This document shows, piece by piece, positions 26,389-39,399 of a stretch of DNA of 64,000 nucleotides (its first letter is position 1; the number at the start of each line of letters is the position of its first letter). The translations under genes and the position numbers were made by a program. The notes beneath the pieces were generated by a model. That model was not told where the DNA came from and searched no databases. It saw only the letters and a program-made list of their open reading frames with translations. This DNA comes from Octopus vulgaris (Eukaryota): NCBI GenBank assembly GCA_951406725.2, contig OX597833.1:26846001-26910000 (forward strand). Reading direction: 5' to 3'.

Positions 26389-28178
26389 CTATGTTTGACT
26401 TTTGCTTTATAGTTGTACAAGTTGGCTCCAAGTCTCACCCAGAGACCTCAAGAGGCAACAGGTTGGAGGTTCGTATTGTTGTTATGCCTAGTGTGCCATA
26501 TATTTGGTTTTGTATTTAGTGTTGTGCTAGTGAATGCCTGAAGAAAAAAAACGAAAGTTGTGTTTGTTTTTAAAACTTGAGGTTACATAGAAAGTATTTT
26601 GCGTAGGATATGAGCAGTTCCCATGAGCACTATCTTTTGAATTTCTGCCATTTTGGGGTTTCCCGGTATCTGAGTTAGGTACCAATCAGCCCCTTTTGCT
26701 ATCATTCCCTAGAAGACTGCACTTGGAGACAACATGATCAATGGTTTCATTTTGACAACAGGTATTGTTTTAGTCTTCAGGTTCCACATTTTGCTGATTT
26801 CTATTTCAAGATCTTTATATTTGCTCAGTTTTTGGTAGGTCTTGACAGATACGTTTATATCGATTGAGACAGTCATATCAATGAGGAGGCATGTTCTTTG
26901 TCTGAAGTCTTTCAATATGATGTCTGGCCTATTTGCATCTATCTTTCTGTCAGTTTGAATGGGGAAGTTCCAGAGGAGTGAGATGTAGTCATTTTCAAGC
27001 ACTGGAGGTGGTTTGTGTTCCCACCAGTTTTTTTCATGGGGCAAATCCAGATTTTTGCAGATTACCCAGTGAATATATTGTGCACCTTTATCATGCATGT
27101 TGAGATACTCTGTAGGCGCTAGAAGACTGCACTTGGAGACAACATGATCAATGGTTTCATTTTGTTGTTGACATACACGACGTGTTGGGCTACTGCCGTT
27201 CTTTAATATGTTGGCCTGGTAGTTCGTTGTTGGTAGGCATTGATCTTGAGCTGCTATGATAAATCCTTCTGTTTCAGATTTTAAGCCAGAGGCCATTAGC
27301 TATTGATATGTCAGGGCTTTGTCAACATCTGCATTATTCGCTCTCTTTGGGTGTTTGCCATAGAGAGGTTTTACTTGCCATTTATCATTCAGAATATCTA
27401 AGGCAGCACTTTTAGCACGGGTTTTCATGCGTTTAGCTTTTTCTGTGCTTGTTTCTTGTATGTCTAATTCCGAAGTTTGTTGTATTCAGAATTCACTTAG
27501 ATATCCCTTTGCCTGTTTTGTTACTGAGTATGATGCTTTCTTGTTTTCATGTCTTGAGACAAGTTTTAACATCCAGTCCTCAGAGTTTTCCAGTTTGGTG
27601 TCTAGGCCAATTGTAGCAATCTTCATTGTTATTGCCAGTTGTAAAAGTCCACGGCATCTCTCTTTTCTTGGCAGATAAAGTCGTTCTATATCTGCCTTAG
27701 GGTGGTGCATTCTATGCATTGTCAACAGTTTTCGTATTTTTCTGTCAAGATTACATATTTCAGTAATTGACCAGTTAACGATGTTGAAAATGTAAGTCAC
27801 GACTGGTATGGCTAAAGCATTGATCGCTTCGATCCTGTTTCTCGCATTTAGCTCTGTCTTGAGTATTGCTCTTACTCTGCGATAACATTCTCTCCTGATC
27901 TTTTCCTTCATAACTGAATGGCTTATTCCGTCCCCTTCAATTACCCCTAGATACTTGTAGCTCTCCGCTGGGTCTAATTCTTTTATGACGTTCTTCTGGT
28001 CAAGGTTAACGTTAGATGTTTCTGTCATTTTTCCTTTGATAAAGTTAACTTTTGCACATTTATCGAGGCCAAATTGCATTCTGATGTCATCGCTGAATTG
28101 TTTAACAATCGCTAGTAATCCCTTGAGTTGATGGTCATTTTTTGCAAAGAGCTTTAAATCATCCATGTAAATGAGATG

Positions 28179-28180
<2 letters not shown>
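26389..28180 (-). mobile_element. 5'-truncated Dong/R4-type LINE nested in the (AAT)n tract of the PLE
   Basis: HLIYMDDLKLFAK, MQFGLDKCA, YKYLG, ETEGFIIAAQDQ, CCHC-like RVCQQQNETIDHVVSKC, NRPDII..LIDM..KLSKYKDL (RLE); (TAT)n on both sides at 26274-26388 and 28179-28272. Confidence 0.93.
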
Positions 28181-28273
<93 letters not shown>

Positions 28274-30204
28274 GTGAGGGGTTGGAATTAACAAGATTAA
28301 TGTTGGAACTCCCAGAAAAGGAACTTTTATTTAGCTGATTGGTATTGTGAGAAGATATGATTTGTGAAAGATTCTTTGTGTTGGAGAAAGCGACTCTAAC
28401 TATATGAGACTTAATAATCGAATAATATCTAGAATTTTTTGGAAAGTTCCTAGCAACCGCTTCACGCAATTGCAAAGGAAGGTTCGATTTAATTTGTTTT
28501 CCAAACGGAATTACAAACCAGATATTTTTCCTAGTAACATTTAAATTGTAAGTAGTATTATCTTTAAAGTAAGGTGAAGATCTTCTTGAGTGAAAATTTG
28601 AGCTTAAATAACGCTTGCCTCCCTTACTCCGTAAAGGATTTATATTATGTATTGAGTTGTTTACAATATTAGAATTAAAATCACTCTTATTATTACAACT
28701 AGATTTTTGTCTTGAGAAGTAGATAAAGGGCTATATTGAGCAGAATCAATGTATGTCACTTTCTCTTTATAGCCAGCTTTAACCAAGGCAGCGTTATAGA
28801 ATTCTGCCTTTTCGTTAAAAATGTCAACATTGGCGGATAATTCAGATAATCTAAGTGAAATGTTTTTAACTAAATTCTTAGTAATTGCCTTAGCGTGATT
28901 ACTGTAAGGACTAATATATTTGAGATTTGTGGAAGGTTTATGGTATGGGAAGTACGAGCTACTTTGTAAATTGAGAGTCTAAGAAGTTAGCTTGAGTTAA
29001 CTCATCGTCAGAAACGATGTGAAAGCCCATTCTACTAAAAAACCTAACTTATCTATTCTTAACCTTCTGTATTTTTTGATTTGAAATGTTTTGGAGGTAA
29101 AGCAGACAATCATCGCGATAAAGACCTCCACAGATGTCCGGGAACTGGTTGGCCATTTCATAAAGTATATATATTCCGACCAAATCAGCAATTTGAGCGG
29201 AATCTGTACTTCCCATTAATACATCAAATGCATCGGGAGTATCCTTCCGTTACCGAACTTGATGAATGATTTTCTAGCAGCCAGTATCACATTAATTTCT
29301 TCACTAGAGAGACCTGCTTTATTGTGTGCATGCCAGAGTGCCTTACTGAGTATAATAGGGTTGATTGATGAATAGAAGCTAAATATATTAAACTGAATAA
29401 ATTTAGTGTTGGCCTTATTAGTAATAGAAGTAAACCAATCTACAACTTGAAAATAATTCGACCATAATCTAAGTTTTAATTTATTGATTAATGTAGAGAT
29501 ATACTTATCTAATATGTATTTACTAAGAGTACCGATGTCGGTGCTGGAAGGGCATATAAGCCGTAATGATGAGTTAGTATAAAAGTTCTGTTTGTGGTCT
29601 CTACCCTGGTAACTGTTTATTGAATTTTCCATGTTAACGGTAAACAAAGGATAAGGCTCCAGTTTTACATATGAGTTACATAACTGTTTCAAGGAGATGT
29701 GTATATATGTAACTCATATGTAAAACTGGAGCCTAAAAATCGGTAGATGCAATGCATATTTCGATCATGAGTATATTTTATCTACACCATAATTTTTTCT
29801 ATTATACTAAGGTTGTCAATTACATTATCAACCTTTTGTTTTTCCGTGTACACTTCTGCCTTTAAATATAAACATTTCCGGGGTTATACAGTCGGAATAT
29901 TTTGATATCCCAACGTATTGGTTTATCTTTGATGTATTGTTTGAATGAGAGTTTAATCTTTGTTGAGATTGTACCCTCAACACACGATGGTTTGATGAGG
30001 GTATGCTCCCTCAGGCATGCAGTATTCCTTGAATTTTCATATCAGATAATTGAACAAAAGGCGTGTTTTATAGATTTCATCGTCCGTATCAATTTGTGTA
30101 TCTTTCTCTTCCACAGCATTCAATACTGATGAAATAACATGAAACACGTCTCTAGCCATGGCGCTGTATTCATTTATGAGTCTCTAAACCATCAATGAAT
30201 TAGT

Positions 30205-30412
30205 TTCAAATTTTGGCACAAGGCTAGCATCTTTTGGAGAGGGGCTAACGCGATTACATCGACCCCAGCCCTCGACTGGTATTTACATTATTGACCCCGA
30301 AAGGATGAAAGGCAAAGTCTACTTCGGCGGAATTTGATCTCAGAACGTAAAGACGGACGAAATATCGCAAAACATCTTGCCCGGCGTGTTAACGATTCTC
30401 TCTGTTCGCCCC
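30205..30412 (-). mobile_element. SINE family B copy
   Basis: GACCCCGAAAGGATGAAAGGCAAAGTC..CGGCGGAATTTGATCTCAGAACGT is the reverse complement of the family B core. Confidence 0.85.
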
Positions 30413-32532
30413 TGGAACTCTTAAAATATTCACATTTGTTTTTGTATAGAATAGCTTCCATCCCAAATGTCTCGCCGCATATCAATTGAATTTAGAGTTC
30501 AACCACACAATTTATATGACTCACACTTTTAGTCAAACTCAAATGTCATAGATCATCCTCCCAGACTAAGTCAGTAAGGGTGGTCTCGGCATTGGGTTCG
30601 TTTGAATATTCTTTGCTAATGATGACTAGCTGACGGAAAGCCAGCGTCCAGTAAAGGCATTGGTGTCCCTACTAGTGGGGTGATGATGGTGTGTTTCTAA
30701 ATCTAAAATCAGTACCATATCCTCTACTACGACTACAAGTACTCTGCTTAGGACATATATATATGTGTGTATTGGGAGTACCCTGCCCATCATTATCTGA
30801 CTTAATGATGCACTATGCATACATTCATTATAGTTACTCAGCTCAGAATCGCTTTTGTTTTCGAAGTTACTATCGTTACTATAACTATCGCACTGGTTTA
30901 TAACCCGGCTAGCTAATAGCTTTCTATACGCAATGTTTAGGAATTTAGCTTACCAGAAAAATCCCTAATCTCATGCGTTTGACAATGTATACATTGTCAA
31001 ACGCATGAGAGAGGGGAAAAGAGAGAGAGAGAGAGAGAGAGAGCGAAAAATTTCTACATAAACAGTTAAAATATTTTTTTTGCTCACGCACTCAACCGAT
31101 GATACACCAAATATATATTTGCTAGAATTACTACAAAAAGTTTTTATAAAATATATTATTGGTAAATAATAACTGTCTAAACTGCAGGAAAATATTAAAT
31201 ATGTATCCTCACGAACCATGTAGAAAGCCTTAAAATTATCCCTTGATATGCGGGAAATAGCACCTAGATTTCCCTCACATCACATCTTAGCTCTCTTCAG
31301 AATGACAGTATATGTTCAGAATAATATAGTCCTAGATTAAGAATACATTAAAAGCAAAAGATAGAAATAGCCATTAAAAAATGACCTCCTAAACTGCATT
31401 CACTCTAAGTTTTGAAACAGTAGATCTGAAACGAAATAGATAAAATATCGATTACATCAAACCCTCAAGCATAATTCTTTACGGCTGATAAATGATTACT
31501 TGTGGTTATACTATCAGTTTTAAACGTCGGTGCAGTTGTCCCAAGAATATAAGTATAAATAGTCAATTCAGAAGAAAGTGCTACAACTTTTCAAAATTTA
31601 AAATGATGTTATCTCTGGCTCAACACTTCTTGTTCAAAATTACTTGATCGTTTGTCGAGAATGATTGTATGATTTCGATGAAAAATGCAGAGTTACATTT
31701 GTTTGAGCGAGAAAATAAGAATGTTGTCCCAACAGAGAATAAAATCGTATGATACTTCATGTTCACAAAATAGGACCCAACATCCAGGATCTTCAACCTG
31801 ATACATCGATAACTTTTGTTTTGGAATGGCAGCTCTTTTCACATTGTTTATTTGTTTTTTTTTTTCAGAAAATTGTTTACACAGCTACAGGGTTCCTTGA
31901 GAAAAAATACCGTTTGTAATGACCTCTCTTATTGTGGGTTAAATACTGCATTCAACTATTAAAACAAACTGTGATGACTTTTGTACAATACTGTATAGAC
32001 ACGATAACCAGGAAAGAGATGTAGTAGGCGATCTTGAAATGGTCCTACTTTGTATTTGCTTTCAAATGCGATTTGATTTCAGATTGATCGTTGGATCTAA
32101 AACAAAGCATCATGGTAGAGTCATATCACATATTAATAATAGATTAACACTATTCTATTCACTCTCTAATTATAATTATTTTCAATAGTAATGCTATATT
32201 ATAAGTTATCAACATCTTCCTACTTGCATGTACAACCGCGTAACGGATACCTGACGTATTTCTATTAACAACACGGAAGCCATTATTAATGTTCATTTAA
32301 ATGGGAAACAACTAAATGCACTCGGTGAACGTGCACACTTAATGAATCCATTGAATGCGTTATTGTTATTGTTCATTTTCAACACCTGATCACAGAATAA
32401 GTCACCTGAGAAAAACCAGAATATGTGTGTTTGTACGTGTGTGAGTGTCTGTCTGTCTGTTGTGTGTGTGAGAGAGAGACACTGTTCGTGTGTGCATTCA
32501 TATTCATACTTATATACACGCATACATACACG

Positions 32533-32610
<78 letters not shown>

Positions 32611-32916
32611 CATGAACTCTCCCGTTGTTACACGACGAATGGTGGTTCGGCGATTTCTTACTGAACAACCCACACAGATGATTTGTTTGTAGTGGCCAAA
32701 TGCTTGTGTTCTCATAAGCTCACCCACTCCATGAAATCGACATTACTTGTACAGCTACATCGTGAGCCACATGTCACATTACGAAATGATCACAGACCAT
32801 CATGAAATGAAGTGCTTCTGGGAATCGAAACCATGATCTCGCAATAAGTAACCACCAAGCCATACACCTTCATATGTGTGTGTATGTGTGTGTGCGTGCG
32901 TGCGTGTGGGTGTGTA

Positions 32917-33134
32917 TTCGAGGGGTGGTTAAAAGTTCTTCGGCTTGGGCAAAAGAAGACAAAAGAAGATCAGTTAATTGATTTTATTCAACATATTCCC
33001 CTCTCAGATTCACAAACAAATTGCAACGGTCCTTCACTTTTTGTAAGCCTTGTGAAAGAACACTGAAGGTTAGGCCTGCAGCCAGGCCTTTCGCGAGACC
33101 CTTAAAGCTAGGAACTTTACAGCATCTCCCCGTA
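32917..33134. mobile_element. Mariner-derived MITE (about 220 bp)
   Basis: Termini CGAGGGGTGGTTAAAAGTTC / GAACTTTACAGCATCTCCCCGTA; homologous copies at 38960-39170 and 40762-40980. Confidence 0.8.
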
Positions 33135-33254
33135 CACGTGTATATATGAATATATACATATATGTGCTTGTATGTATGTATGAATGTATGTATAGATGGG
33201 TGGATGCATGTATGTATGTATTTATGTATTTATGTGTGTATTTATGTACGTATG

Positions 33255-33288
<34 letters not shown>

Positions 33289-33419
33289 TGGATGGATGTA
33301 TGTATGTATGTATTTATGTATGTATGTATGTATGTATGTATGTATGTATGTATGTATGTATGTATGTATGTATGTATGTATGTATGTATGTATGTATGTA
33401 TGTATGTATGTACGTATGT

Positions 33420-33722
33420 GCAGATTTGTATCTTTTATGTATGTATTCTCAGACATGCTCGTATATATTGAAATGATATACTTCTGAGAATTTTTACAGA
33501 CTTTTACAGTTCCAGTGAGGGATTCGATCTGTAGTCTTCGAATCAGCTTTCTCCTTTCTAATTTTCAGAAGTCTAATTTCTCATAATTGCTATTCAGGCA
33601 GTGTGTTACATATGGTATGGCCGCAATAATTACAGGTATAAGCCTAAACTTGTAATCTGGATAGAGTAACTGCAGATTTCTCAATACTTCAACATAAGTG
33701 TTCCCTTTTTCACCGATCTTGA
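33420..33722 (-). mobile_element. RLE-type (R2/R4 superfamily) LINE 3' end embedded in (CATA)n
   Basis: Minus-strand translation LRNLQLLYPDYKFRLIPVIIAAIPYVTHCL...KLIRRLQIESLTGTVKVCKN; (TATG)n at 33170-33420 and 33723-33765. Confidence 0.75.
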
Positions 33723-33767
33723 ATGTATGTATGTATGTATGTATGTATGTATGTATGTATGTATATA

Positions 33768-35750
33768 TGGAACATCTGTTCGTTGGCTATGTAGGCCCAA
33801 TCTCTAATTTCACTGGTCCCACTCCCGAACTATGCGGTCGTTACATTGATGACAGTATCGGTGCCACCTCACTCTCCCGTGAACATCTAGATTCCTTCCT
33901 CTCTTTCGTTCAATCCTTCCATCCTGCCCTCCACTTCACCTCTACTATATCCTACACCTCTGTCTCCTTCCTCGACATTTCGGTCAGCATTTATCACTCC
34001 ACTGTTACCACCTCCATTCACTACAAACACACAGACTCACACTCATATCTAAACTTCTCTTCCTCCCACCCGAAACACACTAAGCTTTCCATCCGCTAAT
34101 TCCCAATTCCTCCGTCTACGTAGGCTCTGTAGTGACGACTATGACTTTGAGACTCAGTCTCAACTCATGGCTCGCCATTTCATCCTACGTGGATATCCCC
34201 TCACCACTATCCACACCGCCCTTGCCAGAGCACGTTCCGTAGACCGTGCATCTGCTCTCTCCCCCCGAACCCGCCCTGCAGTCTCCCGCCTCCCTTTTCC
34301 CTCACTTACCATCCCACCACCCTACCTCTCAAACGCACCATTCTTAGAGCTTTCCGGCATCCCCAGTCTGACCCGTCCACTTCACACCTCTTCCCTAACC
34401 TCTTTCAAACGAGCCCATAACCTACGAAACCTCTTGGTCCACAGCTTCTTCCCTGACCCTACCTCCTAACCCGGCTCGTTCCCCTGCTCCCGCCCACGTT
34501 GCCGCACTTGCCCTTACCTCTCCAACACCACCCTCCTCACTGGCACCCATCACCGACCCTATCGCAACCTCGACTCCTTCACCTGCACCTCCAGCAATAT
34601 CATCTATTGCATCTCCTGCTCTCTCTGCCATACCCTGTACATCGGACAAACGGGTCGCCGCTTGGCTGACCGGTTCGCGGAACACCTCCGATACATCCGC
34701 CTTGCCAACGATACACCGGTCTCACGCCATTTCCGCTCCACCGGTCACTCCTTGGAACACCTGTCTGTGTTCGGATTGTCTTTGCACAGAGGCCATCCGC
34801 ATTCCCGTTTGCGCCGTGAACAGGGATTAAACTTCTCTCTTCGCTCTTTTATGCCATTTGGTCTCAACTCTCCCCCCTTTTCATCTAATCCCCAACCCGA
34901 CTCCTACTTCTCTTCAGTCCTTCATCTTTTCACTACTACTCTCTTTCCCTCCTCTTCCCTCCTTTCCCTTCTTCCCTCTTCCCCCTTTCTCTCTCCCCCT
35001 TCCCCCTCTCTCTTTCTCTCTGCTCCCTCACTCCCCTTCTCTTCCCATTCTCTTCCCCTCCTACTCCTCTCCCTCTCCCCTTCTTTCCCCTCCTCTTCCT
35101 CTCCCTCTCCCCTTCTCTCATTCTCCCCTCCCTTCTCCTCCCCTTCCCCTTCTTTCTCCTCCCCTCCTCCTTCTCTTCTTCTCCTCCTCTCCTTCCTTCT
35201 CCTCTCCCTCCTCATCCTCCCCTCTCCCCCTTCATATCCCCTTCCCCTCATCCCCCTTTCACCTCCTTTCCTCTCCCCCTCCTCCCCACCCCTCTGCCCC
35301 ACATCACACTACACTACACCATACGACATTACACATCACATCATACATACATACACACGTCCAAACCACATGCACATACATACTCTTCCACATGCACATA
35401 CATACTCTCTTATGCACACACGCACCTTCAGGTTGGAGCGAGGTCACTTGACCCTGTTATCTCCCCTACTATCCCTCTAGCGTCTAACGTCTGACCTATA
35501 ACGTTTGACCTCCGATCTCTGACTTCTGAAATCAGAACGCCATGTTGGATCGTTAGCCCCTACACGCAATTTTTTTCTCTCCTTGTTTCTCTGCTTGTTT
35601 CTTTTCTGTGTATCTTTCTGTCGAAGAGCGTAGGCTCGAAACATAAAAGACTTGTTTTATTTCTATTCCTGAGCGCCATCCTAATACATTGTTTGTTTGT
35701 ACTCCACCTGCCTTCGTCTTTTGTTTATTTTCGTAAACCTTCCCGTTATA
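33768..35750 (+). mobile_element. Neptune-like Penelope retroelement, 5'-truncated (RT, Cys-rich linker, GIY-YIG, CT-rich tract, terminal repeat)
   Basis: RYIDD, VSFLDI, YKHTDSHSYLNFSSSHP, SQFLRLRRLCS, LRGYP, CSRPRCRTC, CTSSNIIYCISCSLCHTLYIGQTGRRLADRFAEH; frameshifts present. Confidence 0.92.
35613..35650 (+). ncRNA. Minimal hammerhead-like motif with CUGUCGA variant core
   Basis: TCTTT-CTGTCGA-A-GAGC-GTAG-GCTC-GAAAC-ATA-AAAGA; stems I and II pair. Confidence 0.65.
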
Positions 35751-35805
35751 TATATATACGTTATTATGGAGTTAGAAAAAAAAGAGATCTAATGGATACA
35801 AATTG

Positions 35806-35863
<58 letters not shown>

Positions 35864-36392
35864 GTGTGTGTATATAAATATATATCTGTGTGTGATCATT
35901 GTGTTTATTAACTGGATATGTTCCGTTCATATTCTAAGTAATTAACTCGTTTTACCGCATGCATTTTTTTGTAAGAGATTCCACGAAGAATCAGTATCTC
36001 CTGTGGGGATTATCGTTCCAATACTATGGTCAGTAAACCAGCGAACCCTATTCTAATTCGATATGGTGTATTCCCAACTAATATTCTTCTGCAGAACAGT
36101 TATCTAGAAATGTGCCATTTCATTCTCGTCTTATCTATTATTCTGTCTTAACAATTAATTTCCTGTTCTATTGCGCTCATATTATAGCTTATTCCACTCT
36201 TCTACTCATACTTCTTTTTGTTGTCTTTTAATTTTATCTTGTAATATACACGATGTGCCAATGCCTCGATCTATTTAAAGCGTAACATCTATTTATTTGT
36301 ATCTTCGAAAGTTGACCTTAAGGAATGTGTAATATATCTTTCTTATCAGTTTAATATAAAAGGAATGCATGTCTATGTTTATAAATGAGTGT

Positions 36393-36430
<38 letters not shown>

Positions 36431-36605
36431 TGTGTGTGTGTGTGTGTGTATCTGTGTGTGTGTGTGCGTGTGTGTGAGAGTAGCCGTGTGTATGTGCGTG
36501 CGAGTGTGCGTGTGAGAGCGAGGATATATCTTGAAAACCCACACAAGGCCATAGAGATATCAGAATATATATGTGGTTTTAATGTAACTCTTGTAGGGAA
36601 GAAAA

Positions 36606-36644
36606 TTCTTAACGTTTCGGGCTAGGTTCTTTCATCAGAATGAA
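36606..36644 (-). ncRNA. Minimal hammerhead-like motif in a PLE terminal-repeat remnant
   Basis: Minus strand: TT-CTGATGA-A-AGAAC-CTA-GCCC-GAAAC-GTT-AAGAA; stem II partly decayed. Confidence 0.55.
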
Positions 36645-37472
36645 TACGAAGAGAGAGCGAGAGAAAGAGAATCTAAATGAAAAGAAATAAGTCCCGAAAA
36701 GCTATGTATTGCCTAATCAAGTATAATTGTCGAAACTGAGTGAACAATTAGCGAAAATAGCTTTCAAGAGAAAAAGAGAGAAAATGAAGGATAATGGATA
36801 ACATGTGCATGGCTATGAGCGTGTGTTTGGCTTCTCTGTGATAGTTTCGGAACGTTGAATGTGTAGACGTGTGTATTAGTTTATGTGCTTTTGAAACAAT
36901 CATACCAAAAGATTTATGCACACCAGAAAACAGTCACATTCGCAGAGAAAACAAAAACACAAACGCACACAAACACATTCCAAAAGCTTGTAACACATCA
37001 CACCTGAATGATATACAAACGTAAGTGATATCCACGTCTCCGAATATCACACGCTTTAGAAACAAATACTCGTACACATGCCACTTCCAACTTCCACTCA
37101 CAAGGACACCTACAGTGTATACACGATCACACAATAAGCACCACGATATTAAAACACATTCCCCGCCATATAAAAAAAAACGCATACTTTTGATTCAAAC
37201 AATGTGTATTCGCATACACATTCGCATACAGAAACACATACACACACACAAACACGCATACTCAAACATACGCGCGCGCACACACACACGGACATACACA
37301 CAGGCACGCGCGCGCGCTCACAGTTACGCACATTCATATTAATATTTAGCAGAAGCAACACAGAAAATCAAGGGACCTTGATTCGCTCTGTTGCTTCTAT
37401 GAAATATTAGTTTTAATAAAGAACATGCATGAGCTCGTATTTCTAGTTCAATTTTTCCTGTATGCATCACCA

Positions 37473-37503
<31 letters not shown>

Positions 37504-38959
37504 CCAGTTGACACAATGTGAGGTTTCACTCAAATTTCAATCCTTTGATTTCTTCAGGAATGAATGACACAAAAACATTACATTCTATAAGAATATATCT
37601 AAGACGTAGCATAACAATCTCCATAACTATTGATAAGCTACTTGCAGAAACTCTGCGCCGTGTGAAAGAAAGCAACGCAGAAATTGTAATCTGTATTTAT
37701 GCTTTACATAATAAAAAGCCTGTTGCAGAAGACTGCCAAAACACCAACAGTGCTTATATAGGCAAAAATTTTGACTTTTTCAAAAATGTTTATTAGAGAG
37801 CCGGCTGAATTCGCCGCATGACTCGGCTCATGTAATCGGTTTTTCTTTCATCTGGTTCTGAGACAAGTGGACATTATACAAGTCATAAATACCGACTGCG
37901 TATTCTGAGGTCTTTTCATTTATATAACAAGTGTAAAGAGCAAAATTTCAGGAAAGTTTCCACTTACTCTATCCTGTAACTTGTTCAAAAAAGATGCCCC
38001 CTACACAGAATACTGCTACTTTTTTTACAAAACTGCGATCAATTGAAATATACCTGTATATTCGCGTTTGTGTATTAAGATAATATCATGCATTACAGAA
38101 AAGATATATAGATACCTGCAGAACCTTATCATGTACTCTTCACAACTGTAAATGATTGAGTTTACGTATATAATCACACCGTTTAGGCATATAATCACAC
38201 TCAATTTTCACGAGCAATAGACTTCTCTAATTTATAGTGTACTGTCGCTGTATAGCCACAGCTGAATGGCCAAAACCAATAATCCAGTCTTTACGTGCAT
38301 GCGTATGTGTGTGTGTGTGCCTGCGCGCGTGCGTGCGAGAACGCGTGTGTGTGTGTAACAAAGAGAGAAAGAGAGAGAGTGTGAGAATATCTGAATGTGT
38401 CTGTGTACAAGCACATTTGTCGGCATTTGTACGTAGTTGAAAGTAGTCATTTATTATTCATTCTTCATCTTATGATCTCACAGTTTGTTTAACCTTTACT
38501 TCCTTTCACTCTTGTAATTGTTGGCGAAATTCTGATTATATTGAAGATCGTTGTAGGTTTTTGTTTTCTTTTCTTATTTCCATCAGATGTCAAGGTGTTC
38601 AACTATATATCGCGCCCAAGTGTGTGCGTGTGTCGATGCATGAATAAATTACATATGCTCTAGAGTAATAGTGAAGAAGGCAACGTCAACAACAGCTATT
38701 GTGGCAGAAGCCACCACTCCAACCAACCCCGCTGTAACAACAACAGGAACAGCAACAAGAGCAATGGTGATAGCAGCAGTAATAGCACTACTGAGAGTCA
38801 GGCCAGAAAGTAAAATCTCTCAAGGTATGTCAAACGCCTTCACCTCACGACTCATTGTCCTTTCAGTTTCTTGACATAGACCTAACGAGGAATTCTTGAA
38901 ACCATTTATACAGTCGGCTGCGTTTATGCAATTCCGTATATTGATAGAAATTACAAACA

Positions 38960-39170
38960 GATATCTGAAAAGTTCCTGGCTTTAAGGGTCACGCGAATGA
39001 CCTGGTTGGGGGCCCAACATTCCCAGTTCTTTTACTGGGCTTAGAAAAGCTAAAGAGCCGCTGCAGTAAGTGTGCGAATCTAAGAGGGGAATCCGTTGAA
39101 TAAAATCATAATTAACTCATCCTCCCGTATTTTATTTTACCCAAATCAGGGCCTTTTTAACACTCCCCCA
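38960..39170. mobile_element. Mariner-derived MITE copy (opposite orientation to 32917)
   Basis: CTGAAAAGTTCCTGGCTTTAAGGGTCACGCGAA...; colinear with 40762-40980. Confidence 0.75.
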
Positions 39171-39399
39171 AACCTTAATGTCTTAACAAAAAAGATTGTA
39201 TGGTCATAGTTGCTATGCTTTTGGTTGTACAGTTGACCAGTCAAAAAGGACCGGGAGCAAAACGACGATGGAATCGCATTCCATATCATGCATGTGTTGT
39301 AAATATGAATAAACATTATCTAGTATGGTATTGTCTTCAGTTCACCTGTGCATTGCGTTTTGCGGGAGTTGGATATAATACACAGGTGGGCTGAGGAGA

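Larger units (their letters stand above)
25438..29682 (-). mobile_element. Naiad-like Penelope retroelement (RT - poly-Asn linker - GIY-YIG - terminal repeat with hammerhead), interrupted by a Dong insertion
   Basis: RT: RDHKQNF...LRLICPSSTDIGTLSK, FIQFNIFSFYSSI. EN: IYQC..YLYIGASS..KRISNHYSSF..STGLSKLVWHLK..W.IL..CNICNSE..KCKH. Clade assigned from these recalled motifs. Confidence 0.85.

Noticed and set aside
31560-31960. hAT transposase remnant on the minus strand
   Set aside because: Only a vague resemblance; no clear motif.
34662-35480. 272-aa ORF as a host gene
   Set aside because: It is the GIY-YIG tail of the PLE running into a stop-free pyrimidine tract.
38587-38824. Candidate exon with a good acceptor and CAAG|GTATGT donor
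   Set aside because: Stop codons in all three frames; a non-coding exon cannot be supported from sequence alone.
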